The notes under the pieces are model-generated. The model was not told where the DNA came from, ran no database searches, and was given only the letters and a program-made list of their open reading frames with translations. A stretch of 64,000 bases of DNA from Chiloscyllium plagiosum (Eukaryota): contig NC_057719.1 of assembly GCF_004010195.1 (NCBI RefSeq), positions 53,166,523 through 53,230,522 on the forward strand. The letters are read 5' to 3'. This document shows, piece after piece, positions 22,770 to 34,900 of this stretch. The position numbers were made by a program, and so were the translations under genes. Position 1 is the first letter of the stretch. Each line of letters opens with the position of its first letter.

Positions 22770-24091
22770 ATGTGGCAGATTCTGGAGTGATGGGAGATCG
22801 ACAGTAGTGTTCCAAGGTGCAAGATAACAACATCAAGCAGGAAAAACATCACCATCATCATGTTGGTTGCACCAAGCCAGATAGGAATTCATTGACCCCT
22901 GATTCCAAGAGATCTAAGTTGAGTGAAATCCTCATTCGTTAACTGTAAATTTGGATAATGCTAGAGAGGTAGGTCACCCTTTTTACAGCTAAAATAAATG
23001 CAGGGTTTTGTTTGGTTTTTTTTGTTTCTTAACTTCAATCATCCAATGGGAAAAGCATCTGAAGGCATTACAAAATCTGATTCTCCCACATTCAGCCATG
23101 ATGTGTGAAAATGGGCATTAGGGTAAGACTAGCACTCCATCAGACAAGATTCCAACATCCTGTGGTTATGGGTAGGAATGGTAGACTTTGTAGCTTCATT
23201 CTTTTAGCTTCAGCTAAAATGACAGTTCATCAGACAGTTGACAAAGTAAAGGGCTAATATATTTACAAATGTGATATACTATTTACAGTAAAGTATCCCC
23301 TGTGCTACCTATATTTCCTCAGAAGTTATTCTTTGTATTTGCCCTCCTATTATGTTTAAGTACAGTCTGATGATTCATATCTGGATGAAAGGAGCCTGCT
23401 ATATAAACAAGCCCTAGTGGCCATGGAATATTGGGCCAAAAACTCTGAGAATGTCTGGGTCCTGGAGCCAAAATCCTTATGAAAATGACCTGCCCAAATG
23501 CAGGCCTACTTTCCACAAATTGAGTTCCCACTGGAACTAATTCTGTATGACTGCTTCCATGAAGACAACCAAATCTATGCTTGCTGGAGCCGGCAAAGAA
23601 CAGATAACATTGTTGGATCTCTCTAACCTTTGATCCAGTTTGCCAAGCATCTCCAACAAATCTGCTTGTTGTACTGTATCAGTTAATGCATTTTTATGAA
23701 GTTATTAATTGTTGACAACATGGGATCCTCTCCTGCCTAGAGCGAAGCAGATGCCTGGTCTCCAGCAGCCTCTGCATATTGACAACCTGCCACCTTTCTT
23801 CCTTTGCCAGCTGTGGAGATGGTGCAGTGATGAGTTCACCAGAATGCGCTCCTGAGTGTAATCTAAATATAGTACCCACGAAGGTGACAGTATCTGAGCT
23901 TGTGGAGGGTGCTGGAAACACTATTGCCAATGCTTCCTTTGAGAGGTCTGTGGCTCTGTCCTCAGAGGTGGAGAAGGAACTAAAGACTTGAGGGCTGCTG
24001 TCTTGTGGCAGGATGACCTTTGGGATGCTGTTGGTGACTGTAGAAGATGAGAGTGAACAAGGTCAGCTGTGATTGTATTGAAAAGCAGAAA

Positions 24092-24328
24092 TGAAATAAT
24101 CCCACAAAGACTTGTATCCCATCGCCAAGTCACCCTTTATTTACACTTGCATAGTACATGACACTGACCCAGCTAGCACAGAGCTGGCTCCTCGAGTGAG
24201 CAGAACTCCTGGCACTCCTGTTTATATCTATCTGCCAGGACTCCTGTAATTGAACCAAGGTAACAGCCCCAATCAGGGAATTCATATTCTATGAGATTCA
24301 ACTGGGTCATGTTATTTCAATCATTACA
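24092..24328 (-). mobile_element. Intact, uninterrupted solo LTR (237 bp) related to the 14.5-20.7 kb Gypsy LTRs
   Basis: Minus strand TGTAATGATT...GATATAAACAGGAGTGCCAGGAGTTCTG...GTAAATAAAGGGTGACTTGG...ATTTCA; 5-bp TSD AGAAA (24087-24091 / 24329-24333). Confidence 0.9.
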
Positions 24329-24499
24329 AGAAAGTTTAGAGGGGCTGAATCACCTACTCTTCTCCCTCGTTCTTATGTTAATAGTATGTTCAGACTGGTG
24401 GCATAGGAAGAACAGTGAATCACATCACAAAGAATCTTCCTTGAGTGTCTTAGCATCACATGGTCTTAGCATCACTGCATGAGTAGTCATGGTTGTTTT

Positions 24500-24592
24500 C
24501 CCATGACCTCAAGGATCTTCTCTTCTGGGGTGAGGAGACAAATAGCTGCCATCTGTCTTAGCTCTTTCAGCCCAACTGTAGGCTACTTTCTC
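24500..24592 (-). pseudogene. Harbinger Myb/SANT accessory gene, second-exon remnant
   Basis: EKVAYSWAERAKTDG then (frameshift) LLTPEEKILEVMG, like the EK..R.ER.KTGGG..LT..EE motif of NAIF1-type Myb proteins. Confidence 0.6.
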
Positions 24593-24899
24593 CAGTAATG
24601 AGGCAAAGGGAAAGATTCACTGAAGTGAAAATGACTGGCACAATTGTTAGTATTGGTGCAGGTGGGAATAACTGTGATGAGATCTCCCAAGTGAGTGATG
24701 AGGAAGGGCAGATGGCAGGAAGGGTTAGAAGTTTGTGGGATGAGGCAGGTTAGAAACTATTTAAGGAAGATGCTGCAAGTAATTTGGACCATAAACCTTG
24801 TGGGATGGTGTGTGCAATGCCAGAGTTAGAGGGGATGTGAGGTAGCAAACATTGCAGCAGTAGGAGTGGTGAAGGCGTGGAACGGGGGCTGCGAGTAAG

Positions 24900-26476
24900 G
24901 TAAATTTTCCTGTTAAAGCCTTACCTCGTGAATAGGTGGAGCAAAGGCTCTACAGAAGTGGATGCAGACACAGGGACTGCTGGGTATGTGAGCTGACATA
25001 TTCAGACTGTGGCTGAACCCGAGACACTACACGCGTAGCGTCTCCCACCCATCTTCCTCCTCTAACCAAAAATAAATTCTGTGTGGAGAGTTGGTAAGGT
25101 AAGGCTCTTTTTTATTTATACAATCTCTCTTGGCAATTTAGAGCAGAGGGGATGTAGGCTGGGGTAGCTGTACGCTCCTCTTGCAGGATGTGGGAGGTAA
25201 AGATCACCACGGGTGTCCCTGCTGACTTCAACTGCAAGTAGTGCACACAACTCCAGCTCCTCACAGACAGTGTTAGGGAATTGGAGCATTGAGCTGGATG
25301 AACTTCAGCTCATTTGGGAGGCTGAAGGGATGATAGAGAGGAGTTATAGGGAGGTAGTCACACCTAAGTTGCAGGATAAAGGTAGCTGGGTGACCATCAG
25401 AAGAGGGAAAGGGAATAAACCGACAATGCAGGGATTCCCTGAGGCCACTCCCCTCAACAATAAGTATTCCTGTTGGGGGAAGGGTGGGGGTGAACTAAAA
25501 TGTTGTGGCCATTACAGAGACTTGGATATCACAGGGGCAGGAATGGTTGTTGGATGTTCCAGGGTTTCAAAAGAATGGTGGGGCAGGGCGGGTGGGTGGT
25601 AAAAGAGATGGGGGAATGGCATTGCTAATTAGGAATAGCATCACAGCTGCTAAAATGGAGGTCATCGAGGAGGCTTTGTCTACAGAGTCAGTATGGGTGG
25701 ATGTCAGAAACAGAGAAGGAGCAGTTATTTTCTTGAGAGTTTTCTACAAGCCCCCCAGCAACAACAGAGATACGAACAGGCAAATTGGGAAGCAGATCTT
25801 GGAAAGGTGCAGAAGTAACAGGGTTGTTGTCATGGGTGACTTTAACTTCCCTAATATTGATTAGAACCTTCTTAGTTCAAATAGTTTGTGTGGAGCAGTT
25901 TTTTTCAGGTGTGTCCAGGCAGGATTTCTGACTCAATATGCAGAAAGGCCATAGATGGGAGGCCATATTGGATTTGGTGCTTGGCAGCAAACCGTGCCAG
26001 ATGTCAGATTTCTTGGTGGGAGAGCATTTTAGTGATAGTGATCATAATTCCCTGACCTTTAGCATAGTCATGGAGAGGGATTGGAGCTGACGGTATAAGA
26101 AACTATTTAATTGGAGGAGGGGGCATTACAGTGCTATTAGGCAGGAACTGGGGTGCCTAAATTGGGAACAGATGTTCTCAGGAAAATGTTTGACAGAAAT
26201 GTGGAGGTTGTTTGGGGAGCACTTGCTGATCGTGCTGAATAGGTTTGTCCCACTGAGGCAAGGAAGGGATGGTAGGGTGAAGGAATCTTGGTGACAAGAC
26301 ATGTAGGACATCTAGTCAAGAAGAAGAAGGAAGCTTACTTAAGGTTGAGGAAGCAAGGATCAGACAGGGCTCTAAAGAGTTGCAAACTAGCCAGGAAGGA
26401 ACTGAAGAATGGACTTAGGAGAGTTAGAAAGAGGCATGAAAAAGCTTTAGTGGGTAGGATTAAGGAAAACCCTCAG
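24900..26476 (+). mobile_element. CR1 LINE 5' part: ORF1 N-terminus joined by internal deletion to the ORF2 AP-endonuclease
   Basis: SSCRMWEV and ELDELQLIWEAEGMIERSYREVVTPK (CR1 ORF1); AITETW and VVVMGDFNFPNID (APE endonuclease). Confidence 0.88.
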
Positions 26477-26537
26477 GTCAAAGGACTTATACTGGACTGT
26501 ATTGTTCTATGTTCAAATAGAAGATGGTGGCACTCAT

Positions 26538-27410
26538 CCTTACAGAGTGCAGAAGGTCATTGATGTTCTTTCTGCACTGCTGCATGTTCCTCCAAACCAG
26601 AGAAGCACCAGTTGTTATGGACCAGGCCAGAGCCACTCAAAACATTATAAGAAGATAGTCCACAGCTTACGTTTTCTAGCTGTTTCAGGCAGATGTAGGC
26701 ATATCCGAAGAGTGGTGCAGCTGGCTTCATGTAAAACAGAACTTATTTACACACCACTAAAGGAAACACACACAAAAGAAAAGAACATTTAGAATAACAA
26801 CGATTTGAAAACCCAACCAACACACAATATCCCCTGCAACTTAACAAGTTCTGTTAAGTTGATTCTGATTTCCTGCGATTTCCCATAAACATACCCCTTG
26901 GCAAAAAAAAGGGTAGATTCAAACACAGATTCCTGCAGGAGAGATGTCAGAGAGAGAAAGAGAGAGAGAGGGGGGTGGGGTGGGGGAGGGGGAGGTGGTG
27001 TCAGCCAGGGGTCATTTGCTGAAGCATGGACCCTCTTTCCCCTTCAGTACCTGTTTCTCCAGGTTCCTCAGCTAAAACTAAACCAAACCAGAAAAATCCC
27101 TGAGCTAGGAGAACTGGCCACTCCTCTTTCATTGACCAGGTGTTAAAAAAATGTCTAAGAGTTCATTTCTTTAGGCAGTATCTATTAGCCATAATCAAAC
27201 TAGCCTAATTCCAGACAAATCGGAACCTTTGCTTTTGATAACCCCTTTTGAAAAGAAAACAGGGACAGCATAACCTTGTTAAAGGAGCAGCAATATCACA
27301 CAGTGGCCTGGGTGACATTGGCAGATGATGCTGGTTGGGTCTGCTGCTTATGTTTGCTCTGACAGTCCAGGGAGAAAAGGATAGGCCTGATCTGCATCCG
27401 TCCATCCAGG
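26538..27410 (-). pseudogene. Harbinger Myb/SANT DNA-binding gene exon, split by a solo LTR
   Basis: Removing 26613-27300 and one TSD copy gives one continuous frame LDGRMQIRPILFS..TQATGASLVWRNMQQCRKNINDLLHSVR (QCRK..NDL Myb/SANT helix). Confidence 0.7.
26613..27300. mobile_element. Solo LTR (688 bp)
   Basis: TGTTATGG...TATCACA termini with 4-bp TSD CAGT (26609-26612 / 27301-27304); flanks rejoin in frame when it is removed. Confidence 0.85.
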
Positions 27411-29403
27411 TCTGTGTGCAAACTGAGGTGTTAATGTGCCTCTGTCACCATCTCCTTTGAAATTCTTCAGACACCCAAACTGTGAAGAACAATTGCTGTT
27501 TTACAGCATTTGGAATGATGCACAGCTGGTGTTTAGATATGCTGCCTGTAGGAAGAACACTGAAAGGTCCCCATACTGGTGAATACCTCCGCCGCAGCTA
27601 AGTACAAGATAACTTTGCGATCAGTGTCATAGAGGTGTGGCACATACTCAAGGTGAGCAGCATAACTTCGATGTGAGAAAGATCACTAGTGTTCATGGAG
27701 GGTAAGCCTCCACAAAACCATTCAAAATTGACACTGCCAAATTTTAGGAAAATTCAGCACAATGTGTACATCCTAATCTTTATTTTACTGTCTTTTAAAA
27801 ATACATGAATTATAATCCTTCACTTTTACTTTTCTATTTTGCTGTCTTTAAGAATTCTTCAATATGAAGGTCAGAAAAAAGTGCATGTGTATTTCCCTAT
27901 TGCCGAATGTTACAGGTTCTATGTAGCTGGCAGTGATTCAAAGTTACACTTCAATTGGGGAAATTAACTTTATTGTACCGCTTAGATGTTTAAGAGTGTA
28001 ATTTTCGAGGTTAGTGATGAGAACCACCTTTGTGCCACTGAACACTAAATTGAGATGAATATTTCATGTCACACGTAGATTTTCATGGATTACAAAAGAA
28101 TCATAGGAATTTCAGAGGAAGGGAAGGTCATTTGACCCACAAACCCTATGAATATTTGTTTTTCATGAAAGGTTTTTCAAACTGTTTCTACCCTCTATAC
28201 CACCAAGTTCCTTGTCATCTGTTGGTTATCAGTTTGCTCTTTTGGGGAAAAAAGGCTATGCTCTTAATAACACTACTTCTACATTGGCAACCTTGGTTAC
28301 TACTGTTTATCAGCTCGTTCAAATTCACTTGTACTGAAATCTTTGTACCTGACATTGTAAAGTTTAAATGTAACTATGATTTTCTGTTATCTGCCCATCC
28401 TGCAAACTCAATGAAGCTCAACTTATCTAAATTTGCCACATATTTCATGTGCGTCCAAATTCTCCCCCCTCCCCTCCCCCCCCCCATGCCCCCCACCATC
28501 CACCAACAAATCATCATTTACATTAGAATGTCCTCCATGACCTTTCCCTACAGTTTTCTCAGACTTGGTCATCTCTTTCTGAACAGTTTTCAATTCATCT
28601 TCCCTCCACTCAGTCCACTGTTTTTGGTGCACCTTCAGGACTGCAACAAGAAATTTTAATGCTCCCTTCCTAAGTCTTTCTGTCTCAGTATAATAATTTT
28701 TTAGATTAAGCAGCACACTATAATCCATCTCATCAGTTTAACTTCCAGTCACCATTTCTAAGACATATGAACAGAATTAGGCCATTCAGCACATTGAGTC
28801 TGCTCTGCCATTCAATCATGGCGATGGGTTTCTCTCAAGGCCATTCTCCTGTCTTTTTCCTGTAACAATTCATTGCCCAATCAACAACTTACCTAACTCT
28901 GCCTTAAATACATTCAATTGCTTAACCTGTACAGCCCTCTGCAGCATTGAGTTTCACAAATTAGCTACTGTCTGGCTGAAGAAATTCCTCCTCATCTCAG
29001 TCCTAAAGGGTCATCACTTCACTCTGAGCCTGGGCTCTGGTGTCCTAGACTCTTCTACCAGTAAAAACACCTTCTCCATGTCCACTCTATCTGGACGTCT
29101 TAATATTCTGTAAGTTTCAATCTCCCCTCATCTTTCTAAACTCAAATACCGATCCAGAGTCCCGAACCAGTCCTCAAATGACAAGCCTTTTACCCCCAGG
29201 AACATTTTTGTAAACTTCCTCTGACACTCTCTAACAGCACATCCTTCCTTAGATAAAGGGCCAATACTGCTCATTATATTCCATATGCCATCTGACCAGA
29301 GTCTTACACAGCCTCAGCAGTATAACTGTGCTCTTGTTTTCTTGAAATGAATGTTACCATTGCATTTGCCTTCCTAACTGGCAACTGAACCTGCATGCTA
29401 ACC

Positions 29404-30335
29404 TTATTGAGTTTTGGGAAGATTTGTAGCTCAGGTTGAGGTTTTGGATGTAGGTTTGCTCGCTTAGCTGGAATGTTCATTTCCAGACGTTTCGTCACCC
29501 TACTAGCTAACATCTTCCGTGGGCCTCAGGCGAAGCACTGCTGAAAATTTCTGCTTTCTATTTATAGGTTTGGGCTTCTTTGTGTCGGTGATGTCATTTC
29601 CTGTGGTGACATCATTTCCTGTGGTGAAGTCACTTCCTGTTCCTATTCTCAGGGGTGGTAGATGGGGTCTAACCCGATGTGTTTGTTGATAGAGTTCTGG
29701 TTGGAATGCCATGCTTCTAGGAATTCTCGTGTGTGTCTCTGTTTGGCTTGTCCTAGGATGGATGTGTTGTCCCAGTCAAAGCGGTGTCCTTCCTCATCTG
29801 TATGTAAGGATATTAGTGAAAGGGGATCATGTCTTTTTATGGCTAGTTGGTGTTCATGTATCCTGGTGGCTAGTTTTCTGCCTATTTGTCCAATTAGTGT
29901 TTGTTACAGTCCTTGCACGGTATTTTGTAAATGACATTAGTTTTGATTGCTATCTGTGTAGGGTCTTTCAAATTCATTAGTTGCTGTTTTAGAGTGTTGG
30001 TGGGTTTGTGGGCTACCATGATGCCAAAGGGTCTGAGTAGTCTAGCATTCATTTCCGAGATGTCTTTGATGTAGGGAAGAGTGGCTAAGGATTCTGGATG
30101 TGTTTTGTCTGCTTGTTAGCATTTGTTGCTGAGAAATCAGCAGACTGTGTTCATTGCGTACCCATTCTTTGTGAATGCACGGTATAGGTGATTTCCCTCT
30201 GCTCTGCATAATTCCTCTGTGCTGGAGTGTGTGGTGGCTCATTGAAACAATGTTCTGAGGCAGCTTCGTTTGTGGGTGTTGGGATGATTGCTTCTGCAGT
30301 TCAATATTTGGTCTGTATGTGTTGTTTTCCTGTAG
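29404..30335 (-). mobile_element. Penelope-like element 3' part (GIY-YIG endonuclease) nested in CR1
   Basis: Minus strand NVIYKIPCKDC..RKLATRIHEH..GHRFDWDNTSILGQ..REFLEAWHS; ATGCTAACC on both flanks; hammerhead-like core near 29487-29521. Confidence 0.85.
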
Positions 30336-31683
30336 ATGCTAACCCTCAGAGAACCTTAAACTGGGACTTCCAAGTACCTTCGTGTTTCAGATTTCTGAAG
30401 TTTCTCAGTTTAGACAATCATCTATGCTTCTATTTCTTCCTACAAAGTGTATAATCTCATGCTTTCCATGTGGTATTCCACTGTCATTTGCTTTCTCAAC
30501 ACTACTGATCCCTCCACCTATCTTTGTGTCATCTGCAAACTTAGCAACAATGCCTTCAGTTACTGCATCCAGATTGCTAATGTATAACATGAATAGTTGT
30601 GATCCCAACATGAACACCTGCAGATCTCCACTAGTCACTGGCTGTCATCCTAAAACAGACCCCTTTATCCTCACTCTGCCTTCTGCCAGTCAACCAATTT
30701 TCCATCCATGCCCAGTATCTTGTCCCTCACACAATGGACTCTTATATAGTAGTCTTCTGTTGCGGCATCTCATCAAAAGCCTTCTGGAAATCCAAATAGA
30801 TCACATCCACTGCCTCTCCTTTGTCTAACTTGCTTGTAACTTCCTCAAAAATATGTCAAGTATGAACTCCCTTGACAAAGCCATGCTGACTCAGTCTTAC
30901 TTTATCATGCACTTCCATGCACTTTGCAAACTCAACTTTAATAATAGACTCTAAATTCTTACCAATAACCAAAGTCAGGCTAACCAGTCTTCTGCCTCCA
31001 TCCTTTCTTAAACAACAGTGTTACATCTACCATTTTCCAGTCCTCCAGTCCCCTTTCTTATTCCAATGATTCCAGAAAGATCACCACCAATGTGAGTACA
31101 ATCCCTCTAGATATCTCCTTCAGAACTCTGAGGCCTAGGTTTTTATTGACCTTCAGGCATTTCATTTCCTCAGTACCTTCTTCCAAGTGATGGCTACTAC
31201 ACTTGCTCTGCTCTCTGACTCTCTTCATGTTTTGGTATCCTGCTGATGTCTTCTACCACAAAGACTGATGCAAAGTGCCTATATTCAGTTCCTCTGCCAT
31301 TTCTTTATTCTCCACTTCTACTTTTCCAGTTTCATTTTTCAGCAGTCTAATGTCCAGTCTTGCCTCTCTCTCTTACCTTTTTGATGTCTAAAAATACTCT
31401 TTTAATCTTCTTCTACATTACTAGCTAGCTTACTCTTATATTTCATCTTCTCCCCCCTTATTACTCTGTAAAAGTTATCCTCTACTGTTTTTTGTGGCTT
31501 CCCAATCTTTTAATCTTCAGATTGTATACTTTTTCTTTGGCTTTTGTGCTGTCCCTAACTTCACTTGGTTGCTTCATCCTCCCCTTAGTGTGTTTCTTTT
31601 CTTTGGGATAAATTTCTGTGCCTCTCAAATTACTCCCAGAAACCTTTGCTATTGCTGCTCCACTGTCTTCCCTTGCAATCAAG

Positions 31684-31854
31684 GGAATATCTGCAAAGAG
31701 AGAGCAAGCCAAGATGAATCTTCATCAGAGCTCTCATCTAGATTTGAAACGTTAGCTTGCTCTCTCTCCACAGATGCTCTCTGACCCGCTGTGATTTCCA
31801 GCACTTTTTGTTTTCAGTACAGATTCCAGCATCTGCAGTAATCCGCTCCTCCCT
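31684..31854. mobile_element. Short partly palindromic Penelope-derived insertion
   Basis: 11-bp TSD TTGCAATCAAG (31673-31683 / 31855-31865); GAGAGAGCAAGC/GCTTGCTCTCTC inverted pair; CCAGCATCTGCAG end motif. Confidence 0.75.
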
Positions 31855-32499
31855 TTGCAATCAAGTCTGGCCAGTTCCTCCCTTAAATCTTTGCAGTTAC
31901 CTTTACTCATTTGTAATATTGATTCCACCTTCTCCCTCTCAAACTGTCAATAGTAATCCACACCTATTCAGGTCTTATTCAGGCTTCAGGTGGTTGCTTG
32001 TTGACAACTGTCCTTCAGTCAACTGAGTCAGATGCCTTATTAACCTTTTCATTATACTAGTAAACTTCAAAAACAGTGAAAGCAATGACAAATTTACTAG
32101 TTCTATTCTGACGCTACCTCCAGATTCCCTGAACTATATACTCACTCAGTCTGTGTCTCACTCTGGATGTGATCTTTCCTTCCTGACTGTGGGAAGCTTA
32201 CTGATTTACTTGCTAATCACTTATTTCTCAGATCATGTTCCATTATGCCTATTTCTAAAACAGCTTGAAATATCTTATAGTAATACAGTCCTTAATCCTC
32301 CTTATCTATTCCTGTTAAATGTGTAATTTAACCTCAGATATGTTTTGTTTAGTGATTTCTCCCCTCCTCTCAAACTTTAATTTTGCTACAGGCTTATAAG
32401 CTTGATATACTACTTACATTAATTGCTTAAATTACTAGTCTAATTCAAGTGTACCTATTGTAAAAAACATGCTTTATATTGTTCTGTGTTTTTAATTAT

Positions 32500-33943
32500 G
32501 GACTTGTTAGGGAATGTAATTGGTTTAAAGCCAAGGGATGTAGGTTTGCTCGCTGAGCTGGAAGGTTCATTTTCTGATATTTCATCACCCTACTAGGTAA
32601 AATCAGTGAGCCTCCGGACGAAGCACTGCTGGTGTTTCCTGCTTTCTATTTATATGTTTGGGCTTCCCTGGGTTGGTGATGTCATTTCCTATAGTGATGT
32701 CATTTCCTGTTCTTTTTCTCAGGGGTGGTAGATGGGGTCTAACTCAATATGTTTGTTGATAGAGTTCTGGTTAGAATGTCATGTTTCTAGGAATTCTCGT
32801 GTATCTCTGGTTGGCTTGTCCTAGAATGGATGTATTGTCCCAATGGAAGTGGTGTCCTTCCTCATCTGTAAATAAAGATACTACTGAGAGAGGGTCATGT
32901 GGTTTTGTGGCTAAGTTGATGTTCATGTATCTATCCAGACCCTCAACCTGCGCTACCAATCTTCTCAAAACTTAGTTGTTGCAGTTTTTGAAAGCAAGTA
33001 ACCTGACACTCTTTGTATTACTATTTACAAAGCTGCTTGTTCAAGCAGTAGATAAAGTCTCATTTGTAGGCAATCTGGACTCAAGGCCATGTACAAATCG
33101 AGATTCAGCCAGCAACAATTAGCTGATTGGTCTGTGGACTATTGACTAGTTAATGATTGCAAAGGCCTTCGGCCTGCCAACAATAATGTCATTGATTCTC
33201 AGGTAGGTGAACAGCTTGAGGGTGTGAACAAGAAAGGAAGAAGTGATCTCCACCAGCTCAGGAACTGCATCTGTTCTCTATAGGGAAAGTCACTTTGAGC
33301 CTGTATACTGTGAATTTTAATTAATCAGTTTGAGATCTTTTGTAAGTGTGAACCAGCCACTCTGCGCCTCCTGCAAACAAAGTTTCAATGAGCACAAGAA
33401 CTATCTCAGCACATCCTGTGAACAGAGACCTCTGAATCGCTTTCTCTGTTTTCCTTCTGCCAATAGCACCCATGTTTATTTTCTCTTTGTGTTTGTGAGT
33501 GTGTGTAAGAGAATTAGAATTAGAACAGGATATCCTTTATTATGACATATAATCAATGAGCACAGTGAAAAGTTTATGCATTGCCAATTACAGTGCTGAC
33601 TTAGATACAAAAGTACCTAGGCACACCTTCTTCAGTTACAAGATTTAGACAATGCAGAAATAAATAAAATGTCTGGCATTCAGAAGGAATTTAAAGGTGA
33701 TGAAAGTTTTACCTAGTGGAATTATATGCTGACAGTTCATAATTTCCTAGTAGCAAGAGACTATTGTAATAAGTAAGAATTCTTACTCAGTACAGGAATC
33801 TAATCTATGCTTTCCAACAACTTAGGTCTTAAAAGACAGGTAAATTTGAAAACTTTACATTGTTTTTAATACCTTTACCTTTTGTGATGTCTCTGGAATA
33901 TCAGGGCTTGCTTTCCAACAGGCCATTTCAGTGAGGTGTGACA
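32500..33943 (+). mobile_element. Old LTR-like repeat with nested Penelope and LINE-tail fragments
   Basis: Ends GTGTGACA; two internal segments match the split copy flanking the Gypsy provirus; no clear TSD. Confidence 0.5.
32536..32970 (-). mobile_element. Penelope-like element, truncated second copy of the 29.4-30.3 kb family
   Basis: GGATGTAGGTTTGCTCGCT onward matches 29446 onward; ORF 32771-32968 HDPLSVVSLFTDEEGHHFHWDNTSILGQ. Confidence 0.85.
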
Positions 33944-34319
33944 CTATGCCTTCCATTTTCATTATGAAAGTGGAGTAAGTTTACCTATGGCTACATTTTA
34001 ACTGTTCCCTACCCTACAGAAATTTTATATTGAAATTCAGATACTATACAGCTAATCCATATAATTAGCTGTGTTTCTCTCATCCATCACCTTTCCAAAT
34101 ATTAGTGCCTCAAGCAGAAATAGTTAATTTGGACATTCTGTTCCCTATTATACATAACTCTGAACGGAATATATATGCATAATGAACACAATATTGAGTC
34201 ATAAAACCAAATGTTTCAAGATTATAAAATATTTAGTTTGGCAAGCCATAATATTTACTTTCAAAATGTAACAGTATTCTCCAACATTAATAACTGGTCT
34301 TCTTAGCTGAAGAAAAGTT

Positions 34320-34900
34320 TATTTATCTTGGAGGGGTGCAATGCAGATTAATTAAAAATTTATTCCTGAGGTATGAGGTTATCATATGAGGAGGAACTGA
34401 GTAAAATGGTCTGTGTTTTTCTGTGGTTAAGAATTAGAGGTAACTTAATGAAACTTATAAAATTCACAGAGAGCTGGACAAAGTAGACACTCATTACAGG
34501 CTGATATTCTTGGCTGAGATTCTAGAATTAGGTGATCATAGTCACAGCAGAAAGCTTGGTCCATTTTGAATTGAATTGCATTGAACTGAATTAGCTTTAT
34601 TGTCACATGAACTTAAATGAATACAGTGCTGTATTACAGCACCATTTTAGGTACAAAGATACCTAGGTACACATTCTGAAGTACAAACTGAAGTTTCTTC
34701 ATTCAGAAGGTTGTGAATTTTAAGTATTATCTATTTCAGAGGACTAATCACAAATCCCCAAGCTGAAGGTGATAGACTTTAACACTCAAGGAAATCAAGG
34801 AATGTGGGAATAGGGTGGGAGTAGAGTAAATATAAAAGTAACAATTGATCTAATTCGATGGGATAATAGATTGAGGGGTGGATATATCCTTTTCCTGTTT
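34320..34900 (+). mobile_element. Highly decayed CR1 3' fragment
   Basis: TTGGAGGGGTGCAATGCAGATT, CATATGAGGAG, GAAACTTATAAAATT and AGGTTGTGAAT resemble the CR1 RT tail. Confidence 0.55.

Larger units (their letters stand above)
22330..27760. mobile_element. Decayed PIF/Harbinger DNA transposon (convergent transposase and Myb/SANT gene) with nested insertions; outer ends uncertain
   Basis: HARBI1-like transposase remnant on + at 22.5-22.8 kb; Myb/SANT-like remnants on - at 24.5 and 26.5-27.4 kb; possible terminal motif GGAAAATTCAGCAC at ~27746-27760. Confidence 0.65.
28760..31950 (-). mobile_element. CR1 LINE (RT region to 3' end), interrupted by Penelope insertions
   Basis: Minus ORF 30405-30638 LFMLYISNLD..IVAKFADDTKIGG (CR1 RT FADD motif); CR1 3' end at ~28760-28830. 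Confidence 0.88.

Noticed and set aside
28066..28728. 197-aa and 101-aa ORFs
   Set aside because: Low-complexity composition around a poly-C tract; no domain or splice support
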